64,000 nucleotides of DNA. Source: Rhizodiscina lignyota. Taxonomy: Eukaryota. Position 1 is the first letter of the stretch. Each line of letters starts with the position of its first letter. Position numbers and translations under genes: made by a program. Shown piece by piece: positions 11,333 through 21,713 of this stretch. Under the pieces are notes generated by a model that did not search any database, had not been told where the DNA came from, and was given only the letters and a program-made list of their open reading frames with translations. The stretch lies in assembly GCA_010015805.1 (NCBI GenBank), contig ML978127.1:1674001-1738000 (forward strand), in the 5' to 3' direction.

Positions 11333-13021
11333 ATGGGCGTTTACACTGCGGCCAAGAATTACGATCTTCCAAATGTTGATCTCCTTACTCTCCTCTTCGA
11401 ATCTCCCATAATCAAAAGTAATGAAGATACCCCTCTGCATATTGAAGCAACGCAACCTTGGAACATTGTCACCAAATCTCAAGCCCGCACCTACACCAAG
11501 AGAATCGCATATCATCTTCGAAACAGCTTCGGCATTGGCGCGAATGGGCCTGGCAAAGATGTCGTCGTATGTATCTCCTCTGGTCAAGTTCTCTTACCAA
11601 TCGCATTCTATGGTGTCATTGCGGCTGGTGGCGTTTATTCCGCCGCATCAACCGCCTTCACCCACCTGGAACTCACACGTCAAGTAAGGCAGGGCGGGAG
11701 CAATCTCATCATCGCAAGCCCGGATTGCAAGGAAGTCGCTATCCGCGCGGCGAAAGAGAGTGGTACGCCGATGAACAGGGTCCTCATTCTGGAGAGCACG
11801 GGATCCCAGAGGGTATTGCAAGATGTTGAACGAAGGGGGCCTAATTTCCTGGCTGGGGAGGCGAAAGACTCAGAAATGCTGGATTGGGAACGCATCACGG
11901 ACCCAAAAGCCCTGGAAGAGTCTCTCATTTGTCTGCTTTACAGCTCAGGTACGACTGGAGTGCCCAAAGGCGTGCTCGTCTCCCACACGAACATGGTCTC
12001 TGAAGGTTTGTTACCGTACTTGATGAATCAGGAATGGCAGGAACGTGAAAGAGCCAAGGACCCAAACTTTTCGTTCCAATATCGAACACTTGCTCATCTC
12101 CCCGCCGCTCACATCGCTGGAGTCCAAGGGTATTTCGTCAATCCGGCACTCGCCGGCGGACCGGTATACTGGATGCCCAAATTCGACTTCGCCCTCTTCC
12201 TCAAATACAACAAAACGTATCAAATAACGAGTTTCTTCACCGTTCCCCCGATATATCTGCTCATCGCCAAGTCTCTTCTGGTCACAGACCAATTTGCATC
12301 GCTTGTCCATGCCGTCTCCGGTGCGGCGCCAATGGGCCCAGAACTCCAGGCCCTGGCGAAGCAGAAATTGGGTTGTCATGTTGCGCAAACATGGGGCCTT
12401 TCGGAGACAACAGGTTCATTCACAGTGTCGGCGTGGGATGACCACGATGACAGCGGCGCAGTTTCGTCTCTCATGCCAAACACACGAATGCGGATCGTCC
12501 ACGATGACGGCAACGACGTCCCCGAAGGCGGAGAAGGCGAGTTCGTATGTCAAGGTCCCATGGTATCTCGTGGATACTTTGGCAATGAGGAAGCAACGAG
12601 AGAATCGTTTCTTCCCGGTGGATGGTTCAAGACTGGCGATATCGGCGTCTACCGCAATGGCAAATGCTACATCGTCGATCGTAAGAAAGAGCTTATCAAG
12701 TACAAGGGCCTGCAGGTCGCACCGGCGGAGCTTGAAGCTTTACTTCTCAGTCACGATCGAATTCAAGATGCAGCAGTGATTGGAGTGCCGGATCCAGATG
12801 GCAGCGGAAATGAGCTTCCGAGGGCATATATCGTTGCGGATAAGAGCAAGATCAGTGAGGAGGAGATTAAGAGCTTTGTGAAGGAGAATCTAGCACAGCA
12901 CAAGCAGTTGAGGGGCGGTGTGGTGTGGTTGAATGCGATTCCAAAGAGTCCCAGCGGAAAGATTCTCAGGAAGGATTTGAGAGCGATGGCGAAGAAGGAA
13001 GCAAAAGCTGCAAAGCTATAA
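11333..13021 (+). CDS. 4-coumarate:CoA ligase-like / phenylacetyl-CoA ligase-like AMP-binding enzyme, peroxisomal
   Basis: Intronless. AMP-binding motifs 'YSSGTTGVPKG', 'QTWGLSET', 'GWFKTGDIG', 'IVDRKKELIKYKGLQVAPAELE' and 'PKSPSGKILRK'; C-terminal PTS1 '-AKL'. Confidence 0.93.
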   Translation: MGVYTAAKNYDLPNVDLLTLLFESPIIKSNEDTPLHIEATQPWNIVTKSQARTYTKRIAYHLRNSFGIGANGPGKDVVVCISSGQVLLPIAFYGVIAAGGVYSAASTAFTHLELTRQVRQGGSNLIIASPDCKEVAIRAAKESGTPMNRVLILESTGSQRVLQDVERRGPNFLAGEAKDSEMLDWERITDPKALEESLICLLYSSGTTGVPKGVLVSHTNMVSEGLLPYLMNQEWQERERAKDPNFSFQYRTLAHLPAAHIAGVQGYFVNPALAGGPVYWMPKFDFALFLKYNKTYQITSFFTVPPIYLLIAKSLLVTDQFASLVHAVSGAAPMGPELQALAKQKLGCHVAQTWGLSETTGSFTVSAWDDHDDSGAVSSLMPNTRMRIVHDDGNDVPEGGEGEFVCQGPMVSRGYFGNEEATRESFLPGGWFKTGDIGVYRNGKCYIVDRKKELIKYKGLQVAPAELEALLLSHDRIQDAAVIGVPDPDGSGNELPRAYIVADKSKISEEEIKSFVKENLAQHKQLRGGVVWLNAIPKSPSGKILRKDLRAMAKKEAKAAKL

Positions 13022-13466
13022 AGGATCAGATGATTCATGATATACTACTGCGAGCGCGGAGTTCTGCTGATTTCAGGCGATCTTGTGTTAAATCACGAAT
13101 ATGGTACTCAACGTAATACTGATCGGTGGACTTCCGATTCCGGTTTTATGAATTGAGCGCGAATGGACATCTGCATAGGCTTTGGGAACCCTACGGAAGG
13201 CCGATTTCGCCTTCGTCCTATTTTAGATCGGAACGATTCAGGATGAGCATTACACTGGGTGACTGTAATCTAAACAAACACTGTGAGCGAAATTAACGTC
13301 AAAACAACTCACCTGAGCTGTGGTAAGAGATCAGCAAAATATCAGAGGCTGTTGCTAATTTGAGACATTCTTATAACGCAACTACTCAAACGTAGATACA
13401 ATGCATAATCGTAGGAACTCGTGCAGTCCTAAGTGATACATTGAACCATAGATTTGCCCGGAGTTC

Positions 13467-15365
13467 TCACAGCTCTTCATCATCCGACGTCCATTCTGAG
13501 GGTAAAGCGTAGCTGTCGCCACGTAAACTCTCTGGCACCAACTGGCTAAAAGTGACTCGCCGAATGCTGTTCGCCTGGTCAATAGGGTTGGATTTCACCG
13601 GTCGAATGAAAGTTGGGGACGATGTTTGGTGTACGACGCTTGGCTTCACTGGCGATGACGGCACCTGTATTGAGGATGGAGGCATCATTGGCGAGGTCTG
13701 CTCCCCTACTTGTGCAACCTGGGAAACTTGAATGTAGCGCTGAACCTGTGGAGAGCTGAAGTGTGGGAAGGATGCCTGTGTTCGTCGCGTAGCTTGTGTT
13801 ATACAAACAGTAGAGACTTGTGATGGGCGAAGCTCGGCAGCGTCCTCGTTCGCATGATTTGATTCCTTGGGAGAAGAGTCGCATTCACGAGCCTCCGATT
13901 GGGGTAACCGCTGAGATCTCGATGGTGACACTGCTTCATGACGTTGAGTAGATTCATGAAGATCATGGAGAAGCTGCTTTGTAGGCCCATCTGCATCAGA
14001 TTGTTGTGACCTCTGAGACTTTGCTGCAGCCGTCAAAGCGACTTCAGATTGAGAGTCGGCAACGCTTGTATACTGTGTCTTCTTCAGCAGCTGTGTGACC
14101 TCCCGTTGTTCAAGTCGTTCCCAAATTGGTTGAGGCAGAGTGGTTGAATATGTATGATCTTCTTCCTCCCACATATCCGCCATGGTATTTTCTGCTCCAA
14201 TCGCCGGGCTGCACATTACTCCAGCACGAGTCGGAGATTGTGTAGGGGTGATGTTCTCAAGCTCTTCTTCATCATCATCGGAGTCGAGAATAGTGAACGT
14301 TCTGCGAATGCGTGGCCGTGAAGTATTCTCCTTCTCACTCATGAGAATATCAGTCGAGGCAGGCCGGGGCACTTCGCTCTCAATATCTGCCCCAGGAGTT
14401 GAGGTTGCCTTTCCCTTTGGCGTGACTGATACTCGTCGGAGTGGCGATAAACGCACATTGCCAGAGCGCTCCTGCAATGGCGATCGAAGTGATCGTTGCG
14501 ATGGTTGAAGGCTCTGTGTAGACAGTGGAGAATCCGCAGGGCTTTGCGAGGAGGGAACTTCAAGTACACGTCTGTGTCTCGGAGTTTGAACATCGGCTTT
14601 CAAGTTTGAGGTCGTTGGATTTTCATTTGACGCTTTACTTGAGGCGACTGCTGGATCGTGTACCGGAGATTGACGTTTTGCCAGATCAGTAACATGGTGA
14701 GCGTCTTCTGGTGCTGGAGTGCGCTCTTTGAGCTGACTGCGCTCTTCATTTGGAGGTGCAAAGTCTCCAGGGTGGTCCTCTGTTCTTTCAAGACCATGCT
14801 GCTCCCCTTCTTCGGTGCCAATACCATCTACTTCATATGTGTAGACGCGCCGCAGATTCTCGAGTAAATGAGGCGCTTGAGTAAATGTTTGCTGGCCTTT
14901 CTCCTTGCCTAACTTCCTCCTCTTAGTTTGGCGCCTCTTTGCACTAGCAGATGTGTAATTCGACTGTCTCCTTTTCCGCTTTTTCTTTGATTGCGGCTCC
15001 ATCCAGTCCTCATCTGTGTTACTGTCATCCGCTTTCTGATCTCGCCGAGCACGCTCATCACTCCCACTATTTCGAGTGTCGTCGTTTTCTTCATCTTCAT
15101 CTTTATCTTCATCTTCATCTTTATCTTCATCTTCATCTTTATCTTCATCTTCATCTTTATCTTCATGTTTATCTTTGTCTTCATCTTTGTCAAGGAATTT
15201 GATCTGTGTCAAAGTCGGTTGTTTCTTCGTCGCGTCTTTCGTCACGTCGGTAGAAGTGGAGGGAGTGGCGAGCTTGTATTGAGGCGGAAAATGCATTTGC
15301 CTTAATACCGGGCCAGACGAATATGTACTTTCGGCTACATTTGATTTGCGTTTCTTCGGTGGCAT
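13467..15365 (-). CDS. Uncharacterised low-complexity, probably nuclear protein rich in SQ/TQ motifs
   Basis: Long ORF with likely start 'MPPKKRK' (NLS-like), an acidic repeat tract, basic clusters and motifs 'QPTLTQI', 'QQTFTQ', 'EVPSSQSP', 'SQLVPESL'. Confidence 0.75.
   Translation of the reverse strand: MPPKKRKSNVAESTYSSGPVLRQMHFPPQYKLATPSTSTDVTKDATKKQPTLTQIKFLDKDEDKDKHEDKDEDEDKDEDEDKDEDEDKDEDEENDDTRNSGSDERARRDQKADDSNTDEDWMEPQSKKKRKRRQSNYTSASAKRRQTKRRKLGKEKGQQTFTQAPHLLENLRRVYTYEVDGIGTEEGEQHGLERTEDHPGDFAPPNEERSQLKERTPAPEDAHHVTDLAKRQSPVHDPAVASSKASNENPTTSNLKADVQTPRHRRVLEVPSSQSPADSPLSTQSLQPSQRSLRSPLQERSGNVRLSPLRRVSVTPKGKATSTPGADIESEVPRPASTDILMSEKENTSRPRIRRTFTILDSDDDEEELENITPTQSPTRAGVMCSPAIGAENTMADMWEEEDHTYSTTLPQPIWERLEQREVTQLLKKTQYTSVADSQSEVALTAAAKSQRSQQSDADGPTKQLLHDLHESTQRHEAVSPSRSQRLPQSEARECDSSPKESNHANEDAAELRPSQVSTVCITQATRRTQASFPHFSSPQVQRYIQVSQVAQVGEQTSPMMPPSSIQVPSSPVKPSVVHQTSSPTFIRPVKSNPIDQANSIRRVTFSQLVPESLRGDSYALPSEWTSDDEEL
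15088..15191. repeat. Coding 18-bp tandem repeat encoding (DKDEDE)n, ~5-6 copies
   Basis: The unit TCTTCATCTTTATCTTCA is repeated on the + strand inside the 13467-15365 gene. Confidence 0.9.
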
Positions 15366-15986
15366 GTTTTCGTTGTGGTGTTGTGTGGTGGATGGGATGG
15401 TGGCAGTGTAAGGCGCGTTGTGCGCGTTCAGCGCGTCGCCGCGTCGCCGCGTCCCGCATCGCTTAGAATTGAGCACCGTTAGGCAGCTTCATTTCTGTTG
15501 CTCTCACCTCCAAATCAGCTTTTCCCTCATACTTCGAACCTCCTGCTATTCATCTAATTAATGATTGTAACTACGGATAAATATAAACTGCATTTCCAGT
15601 TTTAATATATCAAGAATAGACACGTGTTTGTAATCTTGTCAAAATGTTTGATCGCGGATGTCGTCCGTTGCCTTCAGCAACTAACGGACGTAGTGCTAAC
15701 TACACAAGATTCTCAGCAATGCAAGTTATCGTCATTTCTCCACAATATAAATTTTCTCTCAGCGTTCGATGAAATACCCATCAAGGATTGCAAGACTTTC
15801 CTTGCTAGGGCTCAGGCTGAATTACGATACGACAAGGCAATATGCGAACCATCTGCCTCTTCAGCCTCGTCAACAATGGAGAACATGTCTACCTCTCACC
15901 CTTTAGGTGGAAGCTGTGGTGTCACAAAGGCGTACGATAATTCTCGGATGTCCCTTTCGGACCGGAAGAGCTGGAAATGACTGGAA

Positions 15987-17384
15987 ATGGAGACAATAGA
16001 CGTTGAAAGGGCCGCGGCAGGTGAGTAGAATAGTGTGACTTTCAGCGTGGCGTAGAAAATTTACACTAAAACAGGGGCGATAACTAAAGAGCTCTCAAAT
16101 GCAGATACTCTTCGAGAGGCCGACACATCATTATTAGTCGCTATTGGATGCGTTCAGACGGAACTGGCGTATTTCAGAACTTATGGATCAACGTGGTTGA
16201 ACATGGTCCACAGCTTTGAAGCTCGCATCGGTGATCCGAAATTTTCACGCTCGCTAAAAGATGTTTGGGGTACAAAGCTAGATGGAATCTCTGGTCCAGT
16301 AGTTTTTACAAGATTCATCTGTGAAGTGGCAGAGACATTCAACCTTGTTCCTTTTGCGGACCTCGATGCCCGCGATCCAATATATCGTCAGAGTATCGAT
16401 GATATTGTCAGTAGCCTCGTGCTGCACAATATATTTCAAGGGACATGTTTGGCGGAACCAAAATTGAAATGCACAGCGAGACAGCTCGTCTTTGCGGCGT
16501 TCGGTTTCGTCACAATGGCATATCCACCGAAGATCGATCCGCTCAACATGACGAATTTCTGTCTCTTCGATCAATATGGAACCGATTATTGCACACAAAG
16601 TTCTCTGGTATCAGAGCTTTGGGCGGGGCGGCCTCTCCTTGAGTTCTGCGCAGGATTCGGTATCTTCATGCCTCAAATACCATGGCCGAAAGCCGATGAG
16701 GGTCTCCAGGATTATGTATATTCCAGGACGATGGATATTGCATCACTACGCTCAATCGGGGGTATCTCAATTCACTGGACAGCATGTCTCCTTTCCCATC
16801 TATATTTCGACGAATCCCGAAAGCGGCTATACCTGTTTGCAATCCCATCGTATTGTAAACTGCCCATCAACCATCGAGAAGCAATTACTCACCGGACAAC
16901 CAGCGCGCACACTCAAACCGCGGGCGGCCGACTAAACTTGCTGCGCGAAATTGAGCAGTCTTGTTATTTCCTCTTCTCTCCCAGTCGTCGCTCAAAAAGG
17001 GCATACAATCGGGAGAAGCAGAGGATATCCGAGGTCTCAGGCACATCTGGCGACGTATTTATCGATCAATGCACCACCAACAAAATTCCATCGACTCCAC
17101 ATCGTACCGTTTACGAAGGCTTTAGTAGACGCAAAGATTTTCCGCTCCTTGGGGAACGTATTGGACAACTCCAGCGGTTCATGAACCAGCAGCAACCTGC
17201 AAAGATTCGAGGATTATGGTCAGATCGCAGGAATTTGAATAATTGGTACACTTTCTGGGTAGTCATCTTCTTCGGAACCATTGGAGTCTTGTTAAGCATT
17301 GCGCAAACCGGGCTTGCTGCAGTGCAAGTTTCTTATGCTATTAAGGCATACAATGCTCAAGCTACAAGCACGAAAGATTCGTGA
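15987..17384 (+). CDS. Uncharacterised fungal protein with a C-terminal transmembrane segment
   Basis: Exon 15987-16020, intron 16021-16074 (GTGAGT...CAG), exon 16075-17384 in frame with the 395-aa ORF. Motifs 'IHWTACLLSHLYFD...LYLFAIPSYC' and 'LWSDRRNLNNWYTFW' followed by a hydrophobic helix. Confidence 0.75.
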
Positions 17385-17586
17385 TGATAGCTCAGTAGTC
17401 GCCATGCCAGGAGAAGGCGATTCGTGATGGTATCATCTAAATAGGACGAACTAGGTTCACGGAGCAGTTACGCAGATGCTTGTGTTCAATTTTGAAGGAT
17501 GACAAAACGCCTTTTGGTATTTGAATTCTGGAGTTGGATGTATCTCCACAACATGCTCAATCTGTATCCTCCGATCCAAGTCCTAC

Positions 17587-20500
17587 TTAACCTCTTTGTC
17601 CGAACTTGCTCCACCTCAAACTCAGCGCGATCCCAATGACCGGTAGAACACTGACTATCTCTCCCAATGCTGCATATGCAGGCGGAATCCGAAACTTCAC
17701 CCAAGCACCAGCAGCCATCGTCAATGCCAGAAGATTGTACAACGCTGACCAAGAAAAATTGAACACAATCCGTCTGTACGCTGCCTTGCTCACATCAATC
17801 GCAAGGAGGACACCTCTGAGGTCTGGCCTGACAAGAACAACATTGGCAGCGGCACCAGCGATATCTGTGCCTTCCGCAATGTGCACGCCAACGTGTGCGC
17901 GCTTCAAAGCAGGAGCATCATTAGTACCATCGCCGCAGAACATGACCACTGCGTTCGGATTTTGAGCACAAATGCCGCGGATGTAGTAGTCCTTGTCAGC
18001 GGGGGAACAGCGACCGATAGCATCGCTGTGGCCGATATTAAGTTGATCTGCGACGTAGTGAACAGCGTTGAGATTGTCGCCGCTCACAATAGATACCGCT
18101 ACGCCTTGTGATCGGAGCCGATCGACAACAGTGCGTGCTTCTCGCCGAATGGTGTTTGACAGGCCGAAGACAGCGACAAGATGATCACCACGCGTGACGC
18201 ATACAACCGAGGTACCAGGAATGGCTAATAATTTCTTAACTTCAGGGTGTTGCTCATGGCACGTCCACTCAGGACTTCCAAGTCGCCACATGGTATCTTG
18301 TTCGCCTTCTGCTTGTATGCCTTTGCCAGGGACAGATTTGATATTCTTCAATAAGTTCTGTGCACTGTCGTATCTGCGACAAAGGTGGTGATTGATGGCA
18401 GCAGATATTGGATGTTTGGTGCCTGCAGCAAGGGTTGCAATCAAAGGGCCATAGAATACAGACGGCCTCGCGAATTTTCTTCTCACCCGTTAGTTTCGAT
18501 CCAAATTGATATCAATATTAACCCTTACCCGCCATTGTATTCGTAGTATTCGGCAGTGACCGTCATAGATTCTTCGGTCAGTGTCCCCGTCTTGTCAAAG
18601 ACTACATGGGTAGTCTTCCTTGCGATCTCGACCATTTGGGGGTCTTTCATGACAACACCACGCTTCGCCGTAACGCCACTGGCAATGACTACGACCATCG
18701 GCACCGCCAGCCCGATCGCGCAAGGGCATGACACAATGAGTGTTGCTATCGCATAGGTTATTGCGTCCACAGCTGCATCAGCAGCGCTAACTCTTAGGGC
18801 GAATTTTCGGACAAGGATCTGAATGACGAACACAACAACGGTAATGACTAGGACAACTGGAACGAAGTACCCAGCGAACTGATCCGCAATGGCTTGGCTC
18901 CGGGGTTTCGAGAGTTCGGCCTCATCCACCATGGTTGCAATCGTGCTGATTGTGTTCTCGAAAGGGAGTTTCGTAAGAGCGACATCCAGTGCCCCGAAGC
19001 CATTCACCGACCCTGCGACGACCTGCGAATCGATTGATTTAGCAACTGGAATAGGCTCCCCTGTAACCATTGACTCGTCCACTTCAGATCCACCGTACAC
19101 CACAGTGCCATCAGTTACGATTCTTGACTCTGGTGCCACACGGAAGACGTCGCTATGTTCAAGGAGGCGGACATCAATCTCTCGGGTCATTGTGCGCTCT
19201 CGATTCGTGTAGATAAGCGCTGTGGTAGATTGAAGAGATCTGAAATCGTCAGTCATGGACTACAAGCGAAAACTGCCGAATTACCTCACGGAGACCGATT
19301 CCATTGCCTTATGTCGGGACAGCTCGCTAACAAAACGGCCAAGCATAATGATACTGACCAGCAATGTCGATGTCTCGAAGAATTGCCCAATGTTGAGAGG
19401 CATGCCAGCGAGATCGAGAGCGAAAATGATGAGCGAAAACACGTAGGCTGCTGTAGTACTCAGCACAATGAGCGCGTCGACTTCCAAAAGCCTGGAATAC
19501 ACGAGGCTCTTGAAAGCTTTCGTGTAGAACTCCAAAGCTACGCCGAGCTGGACAATTGATGCTAGTGCTAGACTGATGCTGGTATAGATGACAGGTCGGG
19601 ACCCCTTCTCTGGTAATGGAGCCCATCCAAGGACAAGCACTGGTACTGTGAGAATTGCGGAGGCCAAAAAGAGGTATCCTTCTCTCCTGACTTGACGTTT
19701 ACCGGCTGTCAGAGATATCGGTGGCTCTAGAGGTGCGAGATCCAACTGCGTGGAAAACACATTCTCGACAAGGTGGCGCGCACCAATCTCCGATGGGTCG
19801 TATGAGATCCGGACTTTCTGTGCGCTCACCATGGATATGCCAGTAATCCCCTTTGGAGGAGAGCGATCGCAGAATGACTTTGCGTCTGAGATGATGACAT
19901 CAAGATACTGCTCCTTCGTCTCGCTAACCCTGGTGCAGGTGTATGTCGTAGTTTGATGCAGTGTTGAAATAGCATCTTCCACGGCGGTTCTGTTCGTATC
20001 AATTTCGAACTCTGCCCTCGCCAGCACAACGCTGCTATTTATGTTCCGCGTCCCTGGGATGGCCGCAATAGCTTTTTCAATGTTCTTTTCGCAGCCGCTG
20101 CATGTCATGCCTTGAACAGTGAGAACAGCTTTCTCATATTGAGGAGGACCCTTTTCAATATCCATCCCCGCCTTGTCATATTCATTTCGAAGAGACTGCT
20201 TGCTCAACCTCGTAGCTGCTATCTTCAAGCTGTCTTTGTCCTCCCATTTCTTGCAGCAATCTGACTTTTCCGGGCATGGTAAGAAAGCAGAGCAGCTGTC
20301 ACCTGAGCTCCTGTTGGGGTCTCGGTCTTTTCGACGGAGGCTGGCGAACGGTGATTTTGCAAATATCCTCGAAGACATATCTGCGCCCGAGCTTGTTGAT
20401 GTGTTTGTCTCAATCCTTGGATCCTCCTCTTTCGCTACCTTGCACTTGGTGCTTTGACACTGTAAGAGAAACCCGCGGCATACACAGCCAAGCTGACTCA

Positions 20501-21142
20501 GATGCGAGGCAAAGCGTTGATGGATATTACTGGAATGATAATCGCATGGCGCTGATGTCTTCCGTCGTTTGAGAGTATGACCCGTAATAAAGGTTGAAGA
20601 AGTAGAGCCGCTTGCCTGGCAGATGCCACTTTCGCAACATGTTGACTCGCATGCTTCGCTCTTACCCTGCTGGCCTTCTTGTGTAGCTGTGACCTCGCTA
20701 TCACCGCATTGCTCTTTACACTGTTGCAGAGCTATCCTGTCCAAGCATGCAACTGGCCGAGTTGGCTTAGCATATTTGTTTGCGTTGCACACGTAGGGTA
20801 CTTGCCTTCACAACAATCTTTATTCTGTTCTTCTTCCGTTCTTATATCTGCGCAACATTCGTCTTCTTGTGCGATGGTTTTGTCCAAGGAGCCACAGCAG
20901 TCTGTCGTATGACACTTCGTTCGGCAGGGTTGGTTCGCAAGATTGGACTGCTTCTGAACTTGCTCAGAGCATCCTGTATTATCGGTACTGTGCCCTTTGC
21001 CCTGTATATCAGTATCATTTGATGGTTGGCTCGAAACATGAGCTGATGTCACAGGTGAGCCATCAGGCGATCTGCACCCTTCCATTTCCGCAGATACGCT
21101 ATCACCACAGCATCCACAATGATCGCCAGCCGTGTTGGACAT
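17587..21142 (-). CDS. P1B-type heavy-metal-transporting ATPase (PCA1-like, Cys-rich N-terminus plus one HMA domain)
   Basis: Four exons; introns 20805-20753 (GC-AG), 19284-19240 and 18528-~18479. Motifs GMTCSGC (HMA), 'SMVTGE', 'SCPCAIGLAVP', 'DKTGT', 'HP', 'GDGTND' and 'YN'; many CC pairs at the N-terminus. Confidence 0.93.
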
Positions 21143-21713
21143 CTTCGATAGCTTGACTGAATGTGCAAGGGTCTGGAAGGTTCTGAGGTTGGCAGCGTAT
21201 GGCAGGAGAATAATACTTCACTTGCTGAGAGGCAGATGAAGGCGGGGGAGAGAATTTCGGTCAAGGAAACCTGCAGACCTTAAATGCAGATAACGCGGAG
21301 TTTCCAGGCATGAGAGGATGCGAGAGAAAGCTGAGTTGGAGGAGAGAGAAGCAGGAAAAGAGCAGGCCTGGAATATGGAAAAGGGAGATATGACACAATT
21401 CAGGACGCGGGGCTGCGGTGAATAAAGCCAATTGTGCGCAAGACTTAGCTGATCCCTCTTACGTGGTCACTCGCACCTGACTGTAATACGCGACAAGCCG
21501 GCTTGCTCTTGCCGGTCAGGAGCATTGTTGAGGCCGGAAGAATTCCATCACGGAACGATTCCAGGGAACTTTTCGGTGTTGCGGGACGGGATACGATATT
21601 GGTCACGTGCAAACTATCATGTGACTGCGCGCGATGCGTTACTAAAGAAGTCGAGCTCACCAGTCATTCAGTCCATCGACGCGTGGGTTTTGTGAGAAGC
21701 CAAAGTCATTACC

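Noticed and set aside
15088..15191. CRISPR-like array
   Set aside because: Tandem repeat without spacers, inside a eukaryotic CDS; no CRISPR arrays were seen in the window.
14909..15305. ORFs with (MKIK)n, (FI)n, (LHLY)n and poly-Ser tracts
   Set aside because: Alternative-frame readings of the DKDEDE-coding minisatellite.
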